Assembly (NCBI GenBank): GCA_040768745.1 | Contig: JAXGMI010000002.1 | Location: 832,001-896,000, forward strand | Source: Desulfomicrobium sp. | GTDB taxonomy: Bacteria; Desulfobacterota; Desulfovibrionia; Desulfovibrionales; Desulfomicrobiaceae | Reading direction: 5' to 3' | Length of the DNA: 64,000 nt | Part shown: positions 8,798 to 18,499 of the stretch, in pieces | Layout: every line of letters begins with the position of its first letter | Position numbering within the stretch: position 1 is the stretch's first letter | Notes under the pieces: generated by a model | Database searches by the model: none | What the model was told of the DNA's origin: nothing | Seen by the model: the letters and a program-made list of their open reading frames with translations, nothing else | Position numbers and translations under genes: made by a program

Positions 8798-9637
8798 TCA
8801 GAACAGGCCCGTGTCCAACTGCATCCCAGCATACCCCGTGCGCACATCGCAGTCCAGATTCTCGCGCAGGCAGGTAATGGCCGCATCGCCTGTGCAGTGG
8901 CAGGGAATCAGGAGTCCTGGCCGCATTTTGCGCAGGGCGAGCACAGTCTTGGCCAGACGTTCCGGGCTGGCCGCGCCCAGGTGCAGGCCGCCGATGACCA
9001 CCCTGATGCGGTCCTCGCCGGTGATCTGACGCAGATATTTGAGCGTATTGATCAGACCGGCGTGGCAACACCCCAGGCACACCACCAGCCCTGCATCCGT
9101 GGCGATCCACATCGCCTGGTCATCGGCCAGTTGGTCGGGTCGGCGGCCCAGGTGGTCATGGTAGAACGGGCCTCCCGTATCCTCGAAGCCCGACATTCTG
9201 GGGACTGCCCCTGTCAGACCCATTCCTTCACGGATAAGGACGGGCTGTGTGACCCAGTGCATGCGCGACTCTGACACGGATTGGAGGGTGCGCATGGATG
9301 TCTCCGGGATGCCGATATCCCGCACCACGCCGTCGCGGATGCTGTAACGCAGCTCCGCCACTTCCGGATGGCAATAGACGTGGGCCTGCGGGGCTGCCCC
9401 CAAGACCTGGGACACGGCACCGGTGTGGTCGTAGTGGCCATGGCTGAGAACCAGGGCGTCGGTCCAACCCAGATCGATGTCCAGCGTGTGGGCGTTCGCG
9501 GCCAGGGCATGGCCCTGGCCGGTGTCAAGCAGAACGCGCGTATCTCCCGTGTCAACCCACAGGGCAAAACCATGCTCTTCGACACACCCGCTACCTGCCC
9601 GGTTATCCACCAGAATGGTCAATTCCGCATGCTGCAT
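8798..9637 (-). CDS. MBL-fold metallo-hydrolase (COG1237-like)
   Basis: EHGFAL, LLDTG, SHGHYDHTG, DDQA, GCCHAG, GGLHL, PCHCTG. Confidence 0.88.
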   Translation of the reverse strand: MQHAELTILVDNRAGSGCVEEHGFALWVDTGDTRVLLDTGQGHALAANAHTLDIDLGWTDALVLSHGHYDHTGAVSQVLGAAPQAHVYCHPEVAELRYSIRDGVVRDIGIPETSMRTLQSVSESRMHWVTQPVLIREGMGLTGAVPRMSGFEDTGGPFYHDHLGRRPDQLADDQAMWIATDAGLVVCLGCCHAGLINTLKYLRQITGEDRIRVVIGGLHLGAASPERLAKTVLALRKMRPGLLIPCHCTGDAAITCLRENLDCDVRTGYAGMQLDTGLF

Positions 9638-9656
9638 GGCCTGTACCCCTAACCCT

Positions 9657-10574
9657 TCACAATCCGTTCTCCGGCAACTCCAGCAACGTCGCGACCACGG
9701 AACGCATGAGTTCTGCCGTATGGCTCGTGGCGTGCTGCATGACGAAAGCCCTTCCTTCGTCCCCTGATTCTGCCACAAGCGGATCTATGGGAAGGGAACC
9801 CATAAACGGCACCCCCATGTCCTGGGCCATGGCCCGTCCCCCGCCGGATCGCAGGATCTGGGTCACCTCCCCGCATTTTGGGCACACGAACCCGCTCATG
9901 TTCTCCACCACGCCCAGCACCCTCATGCCGACCTGGGCACAGAACGTGATGGATTTGCGCACATCCATGGCAGCCACCCGCTGCGGCGTGGTCACAACGA
10001 CGGCGCCGTCGATAGGGTTGATCAGCTGGCACACGGACAACGGCTCGTCTCCTGTACCTGGGGGAGCGTCGATAATCAGGTAATCCAGGTCCCCCCAGGC
10101 CACATCCTTCAGAAACTGCTTGATGACGCCCCCTTTGACCGGTCCGCGCCAGATAACTGCGTCATCGGGGTTGCGCAGCAGAAACCCCATGGACATGACC
10201 TTGAGGTCGCCCACCTCGACGGGCAGCAGTCCATCTGGAGAAGCCTCGATGCTCGCGCCTTCCAGGCCGAGCATGGTTGGGACGCTCGGTCCATGGATGT
10301 CCACATCCAGCAGCCCCACCTTTTTGCCCGCCAGCATGAGCCCCATGGCCAGATTGACGGCCACGGTGCTCTTCCCTACCCCTCCCTTGCCGGACATGAC
10401 CATGATCTTGTGCCTGATGCGGCACAGCCGCGACTGCAGTTCCCGTCGCTCCTCAAAATCCTTGTCGTCCTCCCCTGCCTGCCGCTTGGCGACCGAACAG
10501 GAGGAATCAGTGCACCCCTCGCACGAACTGGTCTTGGAGCGGGCCGCTGCCTCTCTGTGCTTCATGTTCGCCAT
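9657..10574 (-). CDS. mrp: Mrp/NBP35 (ApbC) Fe-S carrier ATPase with Cys-rich N-terminus
   Basis: [42 protein letters not shown]-terminal CxxCxxxxC. Confidence 0.92.
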   Translation of the reverse strand: MANMKHREAAARSKTSSCEGCTDSSCSVAKRQAGEDDKDFEERRELQSRLCRIRHKIMVMSGKGGVGKSTVAVNLAMGLMLAGKKVGLLDVDIHGPSVPTMLGLEGASIEASPDGLLPVEVGDLKVMSMGFLLRNPDDAVIWRGPVKGGVIKQFLKDVAWGDLDYLIIDAPPGTGDEPLSVCQLINPIDGAVVVTTPQRVAAMDVRKSITFCAQVGMRVLGVVENMSGFVCPKCGEVTQILRSGGGRAMAQDMGVPFMGSLPIDPLVAESGDEGRAFVMQHATSHTAELMRSVVATLLELPENGL

Positions 10575-10596
10575 CCACGCCCTCCATCTGTTCCTG

Positions 10597-10926
10597 TTAT
10601 GTGTTGCTGACTTGGCTGAGCAGCTTGGTCAAGGCCGTGAGTTCCTCCTCCAGCTGGCGTACCCTGATCTGCAGGGCTTCCGCTCCGGCCAGTGCTGCGG
10701 GAGTTTCCTGCTGTACGGCCGGAACAGCACCCGGACCTGACGTCATCCTCCGGCAGATTCCCCGCCCCCGGAAGCACCTCCATCCGCTCCCCCGGCCAAA
10801 ACGCGCCGATCCTTGCTCAACCCGCTGCGACGGCCCGTCGCCCAATTCCGGATCCGTACACAGCCAGGCCCCGCGGCCTGTTTGCGGTCCGAGTCCTTGT
10901 GGTCCTGTTCCGTCCCCTCGTGGCAT
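10597..10926 (-). CDS. DUF5320-like Gly/Arg-rich protein with coiled-coil C-terminus
   Basis: Diagnostic start [19 protein letters not shown] behind an AGGAGG RBS. Confidence 0.8.
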   Translation of the reverse strand: MPRGDGTGPQGLGPQTGRGAWLCTDPELGDGPSQRVEQGSARFGRGSGWRCFRGRGICRRMTSGPGAVPAVQQETPAALAGAEALQIRVRQLEEELTALTKLLSQVSNT

Positions 10927-11309
10927 GACACCCTCCTGTGTTGACGTTGTCTTCGGCCTTGACCATCCCGGCCAAAACCCAACCCCCTGCACCCGGGCAT
11001 GACAAAGGTTTCATCCAGGTTGCCATGCCTCCAGGCCTCCATGACCTGCACGACTTCTCCGGTCACGAACCCCATGACACGGATGCCCTTGACGGCAAGA
11101 GCTTCCTGCATGGCCTGGGAAATGGCCCCGCAGATGAGCACATCCACCTCCAGATTCGCCAGTTCCTCGGCCCGGAACATGGGGTAGGACTGAACCAGGA
11201 TCCGGCTTTCCCACTCCCCAGCTCTTTCGATGGACACCAGAATCTGCCCGCCGGTATCAAAAACCGGGGCTACACGGCCTTGCCAATGGTGGATTGCAAC
11301 GCGTGACAT
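10743..11309 (-). CDS. NifB/NifX (dinitrogenase FeMo-cofactor) family protein, ORP-cluster type
   Basis: RVAPVFD, VDVLICGAIS, GIRV, MPGC plus Gly/Arg tail. RBS GAGGAG. The 3' end overlaps the DUF5320 gene. Confidence 0.8.
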   Translation of the reverse strand: MSRVAIHHWQGRVAPVFDTGGQILVSIERAGEWESRILVQSYPMFRAEELANLEVDVLICGAISQAMQEALAVKGIRVMGFVTGEVVQVMEAWRHGNLDETFVMPGCRGLGFGRDGQGRRQRQHRRVSCHEGTEQDHKDSDRKQAAGPGCVRIRNWATGRRSGLSKDRRVLAGGADGGASGGGESAGG

Positions 11310-11335
11310 GCAGGCTCCTCCCGAACGTTCGGTCT

Positions 11336-11351
11336 TGCAGGAAGCACGCCA
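11336..11351 (-). promoter_or_regulatory. Sigma54 -24/-12 promoter for the nifX-like/DUF5320/mrp/MBL/radical SAM operon
   Basis: Minus strand TGGCGTGCTTCCTGCA (GG-N10-GC) 26 bp upstream of the ATG at 11309, next to a sigma54 activator gene. Confidence 0.7.
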
Positions 11352-11467
11352 CTGATCGGAGAGAGTGGAACCAATTCATCGACTTGATTTTATTGATAAT
11401 TATAAATCGGAAAAATTAAGAGAGTTGCAGCTCCGCTCCAGAAGAAGAGTTGTTGGATGCAATATTG

Positions 11468-12844
11468 CTACTCTACTTTCCTGGATCGGCCATCCACATC
11501 AGGCAGGGCCATGCCCAGACGCTTCATGCGCCTGAACAAGGTGGTTTTGTGGATTCCCAATTCCCGTGCAGCAGCCAACCGGCTGAAATTATTTCGTTCC
11601 AAGGCATTTTGAATGGCCTGCATGTCGAGCAGACTATGCACCGAAGCCAAATCTTCCTGCCGGTGCGGACAGCTTGGGATCCTCAGGTCCTCGGGCAGGT
11701 GCGCCATGTCGATACGGCCATCGCCGCACAGGATGAACGCCCGTTCGATGACATTTTCCAGCTCACGGATGTTGCCTGGCCAGTCATGCGCCGTGAGCAG
11801 GGACAGGGTTTCAGCGCTGATGCCCGACACCGCGCGGTTCTGGATGCGGTTGAAGTGGCGGATGAACTGCTCAATCAGTATGCCGATGTCTTCCCTGCGT
11901 TCACGCAAGGGCGGCAACTCCAGGCGGACAACGTTGATGCGGTAGTAGAGGTCTTCACGGAATGTCCCGTCGCTGATCAACTTCGACAAGTTTCGATTGG
12001 TTGCGGCAATGACGCGTGCGTCGGTGGACTCGGTTTTGGACGAACCCAGGGGCTCAAAGGTACGCTCCTGCAAGACACGCAGAAGCCGCACCTGCAGGGC
12101 CGGGCTGATCTCCCCGATCTCGTCCAGAAAGATGCTCCCGCCTCGAGCCTGGGCAAAACGGCCCAATCTGTCCTTTATGGCGCCTGTGAAGGCCCCGGAC
12201 TTGTGCCCGAACAGCTCGGATTCGAGCAGGGTGTCAGGCAGGGCCGCACAGTTGACCGCCACAAAGGGGCCGGAACCCTGAGGACTCAGGGAGTGGATGG
12301 TCCGGGCAAAAAGCTCCTTTCCTGTTCCTGTTTCGCCCGTGATCAGCACCGTGCTGGGGCTGGCCGCAATGGCTGGCAGAACAGAAAAAAGACGCTGCAT
12401 GCGTGGGCTGCGGCTGGACAGCTCTCCCACATGGTAGCGTCCGTGCAACTCACGCTTCAGGGCATCGATCTCGGACAGGTCGCGAAAGGTCTCGGCCCCG
12501 CCTGCGGGCTTGCCGTCCGGATCCCGGAAAACCGCCGTGGATACGCTGATGGGCAGGCGCTCCCCCTGGGCCGTGACGATGTACCCGCAAATCCCGATGC
12601 GGGACTGCCCGCTGGCGAGGGTCTGCTGGAGAGGACAGTCGTCCCCGCAAAGACTGGAACGGAACACCTCTGAACACAATCGGCCCATGGCCTGGGTGCG
12701 TGAAACCCCTGTGATCTTTTCGGCCGCACGGTTGAAGGAGGTAATCCGCCACTGCAGATCCACGGTGAAAACCCCGTCCGAGATGCTTTCCAGAATGGCA
12801 TCCGTGGGAGCGAGGATAACCGTGTTCTTTGAACTGTCAGGCAT
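11468..12844 (-). CDS. Sigma54-dependent activator with Cys-containing PAS domain (OrpR-like)
   Basis: PAS (ILESISDGVFTVD...CSEVFRSSLCGDDC), Walker A GETGTGKE, GAFTGA, FLDEIGE, WPGNIREL, Fis-type HTH. Confidence 0.9.
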   Translation of the reverse strand: MPDSSKNTVILAPTDAILESISDGVFTVDLQWRITSFNRAAEKITGVSRTQAMGRLCSEVFRSSLCGDDCPLQQTLASGQSRIGICGYIVTAQGERLPISVSTAVFRDPDGKPAGGAETFRDLSEIDALKRELHGRYHVGELSSRSPRMQRLFSVLPAIAASPSTVLITGETGTGKELFARTIHSLSPQGSGPFVAVNCAALPDTLLESELFGHKSGAFTGAIKDRLGRFAQARGGSIFLDEIGEISPALQVRLLRVLQERTFEPLGSSKTESTDARVIAATNRNLSKLISDGTFREDLYYRINVVRLELPPLRERREDIGILIEQFIRHFNRIQNRAVSGISAETLSLLTAHDWPGNIRELENVIERAFILCGDGRIDMAHLPEDLRIPSCPHRQEDLASVHSLLDMQAIQNALERNNFSRLAAARELGIHKTTLFRRMKRLGMALPDVDGRSRKVE

Positions 12845-13040
12845 GCCCTCTCTTGATCCCAGCCTTGGCGCTGGTCAAGTCTGGCAGAAAAATAAGGAAA
12901 TCCGAAAAGCGCAGCCCGCTCTCCCCGCACCCCTGGCGGTCCTTTGGCCGAGGCCTTCCTGACAACGCCCGGCGGAGCAAACCATCCGATCAGGATTTCG
13001 CACGAATTTTCCGGCGGAAGGGCTGCATTCTGGGCGATCA

Positions 13041-13077
13041 ATGCAGATCGCTCTGGTCTGAATAAAGCAATCTGCAT
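13041..13077. promoter_or_regulatory. Inverted repeat ATGCAGAT-N21-ATCTGCAT directly upstream of a TTGACA hexamer before wtpA
   Basis: ATGCAGAT 13041-13048, ATCTGCAT 13070-13077 (extends to ATGCAGATcGCT/AGCaATCTGCAT). TTGACA at 13083-13088. Confidence 0.5.
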
Positions 13078-13145
13078 CAGGTTTGACACAATTGCCGAAA
13101 AAGACATAACAATAGGCACTTTTCCACATAACCAGGAGGTAACCC

Positions 13146-14129
13146 ATGGAAATCGTCGCCCGTTTTGTGAACGCATCGCTCCTCGTCGCCCTGCTGGCCA
13201 TGGTTCTGGCCAGCCCAGCGGCCGCCGAACCGTCCGGCAAACTGATCATCTTCCATGCCGGCAGTCTGTCCGTCCCTTTCGCGGCCATGGAAAAGGCCTT
13301 TGAGGCCAAATACCCCAAGGTCGACATCCTGCGGGAAGCAGGGGGTAGCACCAAACTGGCCAGGACCATCACCGAACTTGGCAAACCCGCCGACATCATG
13401 GCCTCTGCCGACTACGAGGTCATCGACAAGATGCTCATCCCCGACGTGGCCAGCTGGAACGCCCGCTTCGCCACCAACCAGATCGTGCTCTGCTACACGG
13501 ATAAGAGCAAACACGCCGGCGAGATCAACGCCCAGAACTGGGCCGAGATTCTCCAGCGACCCGACGTGGTCTGGGGCCACTCGGATCCCAATCTGGACCC
13601 CGCCGGGTACCGCAGTCTCATGGCCATCCAATTGGCCGAGAAGTTCACCGGACAGGCCGGACTGTACGACAAGATCCTGGCCAACCGCCCGGAAAAGAAT
13701 GTACGGCCCAAATCCGTGGAACTCATTTCCATGCTGGAATCCGGCAACATGGACTACGCCTGGGAATATATGTCCGTCGCCGTGCAGCATGGTCTCAAGT
13801 TCGTCAGCTTCGACGACCACATCAACCTGAGCAATTACAAAATGGAGAGTTTCTACAAGACGGCCGTGGTCAAGGTCACAGGGTCCAAGCCCGGGGAATT
13901 CCAGGAGCTCAAGGGCGGCTCCATCACCTACGGGGCGACCATGCTGAAAAATGCCCCCAACCCTGCAGCTGCCGAGGCCTTCCTGGCCTACCTGTTCGAC
14001 CCCGAGGGAGGCCTGAAGATCCTCAAGGATCAAGGCCAGCCGCCTCTGAGCCCCGTGACAGTGGCAACGGAGGAGATGAAAAAGGCCATGCCTGCGAGCC
14101 TCTCGGGACTGGTCAGCGTGGTCAAATAA
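13146..14129 (+). CDS. wtpA: Tungstate ABC transporter substrate-binding protein (WtpA type)
   Basis: [58 protein letters not shown] match WtpA rather than ModA or TupA. Confidence 0.88.
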   Translation: MEIVARFVNASLLVALLAMVLASPAAAEPSGKLIIFHAGSLSVPFAAMEKAFEAKYPKVDILREAGGSTKLARTITELGKPADIMASADYEVIDKMLIPDVASWNARFATNQIVLCYTDKSKHAGEINAQNWAEILQRPDVVWGHSDPNLDPAGYRSLMAIQLAEKFTGQAGLYDKILANRPEKNVRPKSVELISMLESGNMDYAWEYMSVAVQHGLKFVSFDDHINLSNYKMESFYKTAVVKVTGSKPGEFQELKGGSITYGATMLKNAPNPAAAEAFLAYLFDPEGGLKILKDQGQPPLSPVTVATEEMKKAMPASLSGLVSVVK

Positions 14130-14951
14130 ATGCGCGCCTTTCCTGCGACGGAAGGCCGGGCGGGAGTGCTGCCCGGCCTTATCTTTCACCTATGGGTTGT
14201 TACGTCCTGCGTGCTGGTCCTGCTTTTCATCGCCGCACCTCTGGCGCGAACCATTGCTTCCCCGACGTTGGAACAGATGCTCGCGACCCTCCGCGACGCG
14301 GATGTTTTGCGTTCCGTGGGTCTTTCCATCTGGGCTTCGGCCCTGGCTTCTGTCCTGGCCCTGATCCTGGGCACCCCTCTGGCCTACGTCCTGGCCCGGC
14401 GCACGTTCCGGGGCAAGAAAATCGTCGAAAGCCTCATCGACCTGCCCATCATGATCCCCCATCCCGTAGTGGGCATCGCCCTTTTAACCTTGGCTGGCCG
14501 CAATAACTGGTTCGGACGGATTCTGACGGACATGGGTGTCAATATCATGGGCTCCATTACCGGCATCACGGCTGTGCTCTTTTTCGTTGGCCTGCCCTTT
14601 TATATCAATACGGTCAAAAACGGATTCGAGAACGTGCCCGTTCGTCTGGAAAATGTCTCTCGCTCTCTGGGGGCCGGCCCCAGCGCGACCTTTTTCCGCA
14701 TCACCCTACCCCTGTGCAGCAGGTCCATGCTGGTCGGCATGATCATGTGCATGGCCCGGGCCTTGAGCGAGTTCGGGGCCGTGGTCATCGTCGCCTACCA
14801 CCCCATGGTCGCGCCGGTGCTCATGTACGAACGTTTCACAGCCTACGGGCTGAGCTATTCCCAGCCTGTGGCCGTCATCCTGATTCTGGTCAGCCTGCTA
14901 TTCTTCTTCCTGCTGCGCGTCCTGTCCAAGTCCGAGAAGGAGGAGGCGTGA
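14130..14951 (+). CDS. wtpB: Tungstate ABC transporter permease
   Basis: DLPIMIPHPVVGIALL, ARALSEFGAVVIVAYHP. Abuts the wtpA stop. Confidence 0.85.
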   Translation: MRAFPATEGRAGVLPGLIFHLWVVTSCVLVLLFIAAPLARTIASPTLEQMLATLRDADVLRSVGLSIWASALASVLALILGTPLAYVLARRTFRGKKIVESLIDLPIMIPHPVVGIALLTLAGRNNWFGRILTDMGVNIMGSITGITAVLFFVGLPFYINTVKNGFENVPVRLENVSRSLGAGPSATFFRITLPLCSRSMLVGMIMCMARALSEFGAVVIVAYHPMVAPVLMYERFTAYGLSYSQPVAVILILVSLLFFFLLRVLSKSEKEEA

Positions 14952-16000
14952 TTCGCGTCTCCGGTCTGAGCCTGCGCCTGGGAGATTTTGCCCTCCAAGA
15001 CGTCAGTCTGCATGTCAGGCCGGGCGAATTCTTCGCGCTCATGGGACCAACGGGATCCGGCAAGACCGTGGTTCTGGAATCCATTGCCGGGCTGATCCAA
15101 TGGCAGCGGGGAGAAATCCATATCGCCGGCCGGGATGTCACCGCGTTGCCGCCTGAACGGCGCAGGGTCAGTCTCGTCTATCAGGATCACGCACTTTTCC
15201 CCCACCTGACCGTGCTCGAGAACGTCATTTTCGGACAGCGATACCATGGAATCTCCCCTGCAGACGGCCTGAGGGAGGCCAATGAGCTTCTGGATAGGCT
15301 GGGGCTCTCCCGCCTGTGCGGGCGCACACCGGAGAATTTGAGCGGCGGGGAAAAACAGCGCGTGGCCTTGGCCCGCGCCCTGGCCTGCCGCCCAAATGTC
15401 GTGCTTCTGGACGAACCCCTGTCATCTTTGGACCCCCAGTTCCGTGACGATTTACGCTCGGCCCTGAAGACCTTGCACATGCAGATGAACCTGACCGTGC
15501 TCATGGTTACGCACGACTTTGTCGATGCATTGAGTCTGGCCAGCCGCGCGGCAGTGATCCGGGGAGGACGGATGGAGCAGGTGGGACAGATCGACGAGAT
15601 TTTCCGGCAACCGCGGTCGACCTTCGTGGCCGCCTTTGTGGGTATGAAAAACGTGTTCAGGGTGACCAGTCCTGGTCTGTGCGAGTTGGGGAATGGGGTG
15701 GGATTCGCTGTGCCGGATGCGGCACACGGTGCCATGGCCCTTCGTCCGGAAGACGTGTTCGTGACCCGCAACCCGGATCTCCCCGGGAACTGGATCTGCC
15801 TGCCGGCCAAGATACGCTCCGTCCGCCATGAAGGCTTCTCCTGGTTCACTGAGGCGGTTTGCGGACATGCGGTGATCACCGCCGCGTTGGACCGGCAGTG
15901 TCTGATGGCGGGCGGACTCGAACCCGGGAGTCCGGTATGGCTGGGATTTACGCCGGAACGCCTGCACCTGGTGCCTGACGGAAGTGACGAAACCGGCTGA
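14948..16000 (+). CDS. wtpC: Tungstate ABC transporter ATPase with C-terminal TOBE
   Basis: GTG start in a GTGA overlap behind GGAGG. GPTGSGKT, LSGGEKQR, VLLDEP, VTHD, ALRPE. Confidence 0.85.
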   Translation: MIRVSGLSLRLGDFALQDVSLHVRPGEFFALMGPTGSGKTVVLESIAGLIQWQRGEIHIAGRDVTALPPERRRVSLVYQDHALFPHLTVLENVIFGQRYHGISPADGLREANELLDRLGLSRLCGRTPENLSGGEKQRVALARALACRPNVVLLDEPLSSLDPQFRDDLRSALKTLHMQMNLTVLMVTHDFVDALSLASRAAVIRGGRMEQVGQIDEIFRQPRSTFVAAFVGMKNVFRVTSPGLCELGNGVGFAVPDAAHGAMALRPEDVFVTRNPDLPGNWICLPAKIRSVRHEGFSWFTEAVCGHAVITAALDRQCLMAGGLEPGSPVWLGFTPERLHLVPDGSDETG

Positions 16001-16184
16001 AGCAGAAGGAGGATCTTGTGATTTTCCCCGCCCGGCCTAGCCGGCTGTCCTGCTGGACAGCATGCGGCGTCCTGCAGGGTCCGCACGGGACTTCCCAATA
16101 AGTTCAAGTTCCTTCCGCTTTTTGACCTGAATCGCGGAACATGTTTTCGGAGTCTGCATCAGGTCACAGGATCATGATTTATCC

Positions 16185-16208
16185 TTGACAATAACAATTA
16201 TCATTAAT
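16185..16208. promoter_or_regulatory. TTGACA hexamer overlapped by a Fur/PerR-like box
   Basis: Reverse complement of 16190-16208 is ATTAATGATAATTGTTATT, 14/19 identical to the Fur consensus GATAATGATAATCATTATC. TTGACA at 16185-16190. Confidence 0.55.
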
Positions 16209-16281
16209 TATTGCGATAAAAACTTAAGGCTGAAAATCCGACTCATCTCCAAGAATCATGGCCTGAAATGAGGGTTATTCT

Positions 16282-17664
16282 ATGTACTTCAAACAGATAC
16301 AGGTTCCCGGCTTGGGCTGCTTCTCCTACGTGCTGGGCTGTCCGGCCATCGGAGAAATGATCGTCGTGGACCCCAAACGCGACATCGGCGATTATCTCGA
16401 CATTTCCCGCGAAGAGGGCATGCGCATCACGCGCATCATCGATACCCATGTCCATGCGGACCACGTTTCGGGAGCCCATGAGCTGTCCTCCCGCACCAAA
16501 GCCCCGATTTGCATGCATCCGGACACCCCGGCCACATTCCCGTTCACCCCGCTTCCCGAGGGCACGGTGCTTCAGGCGGGTGCCGCTCGTCTGGAGGTTC
16601 TCCACACCCCAGGCCACACCCCGCACTCCCTCTCGCTGCTGGTCTCGGACTTGGCGCGCTCCCCTGAACCCTGGCTGATCCTCACCGGCGACCTTCTCTT
16701 CGTTGGGGATATCGGCCGCCCAGACCTCGTAGGCAAGGCGGCCCTGGATGAACAGGTCCAGAACCTCTACAACTCCCTCTTTGTCAAACTGGGGGCCCTG
16801 CCCGACCACCTGGAGGTCTATCCGGCCCACGGCTCGGGCTCGCTGTGCGGCAAGGGCATGAGTCCCAAGCCCAGCTCCACCCTTGGCTACGAGCGCAGAC
16901 ACAACCCCCGGCTGCAGTACAGAGCATTCCAGGACTTCGCACTGGCCATGAGCCAGGATTTTCCGGCTCGGCCCAAGAGTTTCAGCCACATCATCTCCAC
17001 CAATGCCGGCGGGGCGCCGCTGCTCGACCGCTGTCCCCTGGAGCAGGCGCTGAGTGTGGAGGAATTCGAAAGGCACATGGCCAATGGAGCAGTCGTCATA
17101 GATGCCCGTGATGGTGCGGCTTTCGGCGGCTGCCATATTCCCGGCGCGCTGAACATCGGTTTTGAAAAGCAGCTGGCCAATTGGGTGGGCACGGTGGTGT
17201 CGCCCGAGTCCCGCATCCTTCTCGTGGTCAACAACCGCGACGCGTTCCAGGCCATGCGTACTGAACTCTACCGCATCGGCTACGACAACATCCTGGGATA
17301 CCTCGCCGGAGGCATGCAGGCCTGGATTTATTCCGGCCGCCAGGCCGACAGGCTGGAACAGGTCTCCGCTCCGGAACTCGCCCAGCGCATGAAAGCCAGT
17401 TCGGCCCCTCTGCTTCTCGATGTGCGCACCCCTCCCGAGTGGTCCCAGGGACATATCGAAGGAGCCCAGCATATGCCCTTCACGGAAATTCTCTCCGCCT
17501 GCTGCACCCTGCCAATCGACGATGAGGTGGTGGTCTACTGCGGCACGGGATATCGCTCGAACATGGCGGGTTCATTCATGAAAAGTCATGGATACCGCAA
17601 CGTCAAATCCCTGGCCGGCGGCTCTGGGGCCTGGAGCCGAGGCGGCCATTCCCTCGTCAAATAA
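16282..17664 (+). CDS. MBL-fold persulfide dioxygenase fused to two rhodanese domains (CstB-like)
   Basis: DTHVHADHVSG, HTPGHT, TGDLLFVGDIGRPDL, PAHGSGSLCG, HIPGA, C-terminal active-site loop YCGTGYRS. Confidence 0.88.
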   Translation: MYFKQIQVPGLGCFSYVLGCPAIGEMIVVDPKRDIGDYLDISREEGMRITRIIDTHVHADHVSGAHELSSRTKAPICMHPDTPATFPFTPLPEGTVLQAGAARLEVLHTPGHTPHSLSLLVSDLARSPEPWLILTGDLLFVGDIGRPDLVGKAALDEQVQNLYNSLFVKLGALPDHLEVYPAHGSGSLCGKGMSPKPSSTLGYERRHNPRLQYRAFQDFALAMSQDFPARPKSFSHIISTNAGGAPLLDRCPLEQALSVEEFERHMANGAVVIDARDGAAFGGCHIPGALNIGFEKQLANWVGTVVSPESRILLVVNNRDAFQAMRTELYRIGYDNILGYLAGGMQAWIYSGRQADRLEQVSAPELAQRMKASSAPLLLDVRTPPEWSQGHIEGAQHMPFTEILSACCTLPIDDEVVVYCGTGYRSNMAGSFMKSHGYRNVKSLAGGSGAWSRGGHSLVK

Positions 17665-17700
17665 CCGGCTGGATCCCAGCCAATACCAAGGAGAACAACC

Positions 17701-18342
17701 ATGGAATCCCGCATCCCGCTGCTTGGAGAAAAATTCCCGGAAATGGAAGTCGTCACCACCCACGGCGTCATCAAACTCCCTCAGGCCATGGCCGGAAAGT
17801 GGTTCGTCCTTTTCAGCCATCCCGCGGACTTCACCCCGGTCTGCACCACGGAATTCGTGGCCTTCCAGAAACGCTACGATCAGTTCCGGGCCCTGAACTG
17901 CGAACTGGTCGGCCTGTCCATCGACCAGGTCTTTTCGCATATCAAATGGGTCCAGTGGATAGAGGAAAAGCTGGGCGTAACGATCGATTTCCCGGTCATC
18001 GCCGACGACATGGGCAATGTGGCCAAGGCCCTGGGCATGGTCCATCCGGGCAAGGGGACCAACACGGTCCGTGCCGTCTTCATTGTCGACCCCAATGCCG
18101 CCATCAGGATCATGCTCTATTACCCCCAGGAAATCGGGCGCAACATGGATGAGATCGTCCGCTGCGTGAAGGCCCTGCAGACGTCGGACACGAACAAGTG
18201 CGCGTGTCCGGCCAGCTGGCCCAACAACGAACTGATCGGCGACAAGGTCATCATCCCCCCGGCCAAGGACGTCAAAACGGCCAAGGAACGCACCGGCGCG
18301 AAGGACAGCTTCGACTGGTGGTTCTGTTACCGCAAACTCTAG
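17701..18342 (+). CDS. Peroxiredoxin (Prx6/TDXH type)
   Basis: [22 protein letters not shown]-terminal DWWFC. Confidence 0.95.
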   Translation: MESRIPLLGEKFPEMEVVTTHGVIKLPQAMAGKWFVLFSHPADFTPVCTTEFVAFQKRYDQFRALNCELVGLSIDQVFSHIKWVQWIEEKLGVTIDFPVIADDMGNVAKALGMVHPGKGTNTVRAVFIVDPNAAIRIMLYYPQEIGRNMDEIVRCVKALQTSDTNKCACPASWPNNELIGDKVIIPPAKDVKTAKERTGAKDSFDWWFCYRKL

Positions 18343-18362
18343 CCGCAAACTCTAGCCGCAAA
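18330..18362 (+). repeat. 13-bp tandem duplication (2.5 copies) across the peroxiredoxin stop codon
   Basis: CCGCAAACTCTAG at 18330 and 18343, then CCGCAAA at 18356. Confidence 0.85.
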
Positions 18363-18393
18363 AAAGACGGGAGGTCTGGCCAGACCTCCCGTC
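18360..18393 (-). terminator. Terminator between convergent prx and the Mo-enzyme operon
   Basis: Perfect 28-bp palindrome GACGGGAGGTCTGGCCAGACCTCCCGTC (18366-18393) with an A-run on its left. Confidence 0.8.
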
Positions 18394-18499
18394 AACTTCT
18401 TTAAGAAATTATCGAAAGCCGTTCTTCCCTGGTCACCCCGCAGGAGGATGAGACCGCGGCAAACCTGCCTCAGTCCCACCCAGGACATGCGGGGCAACC

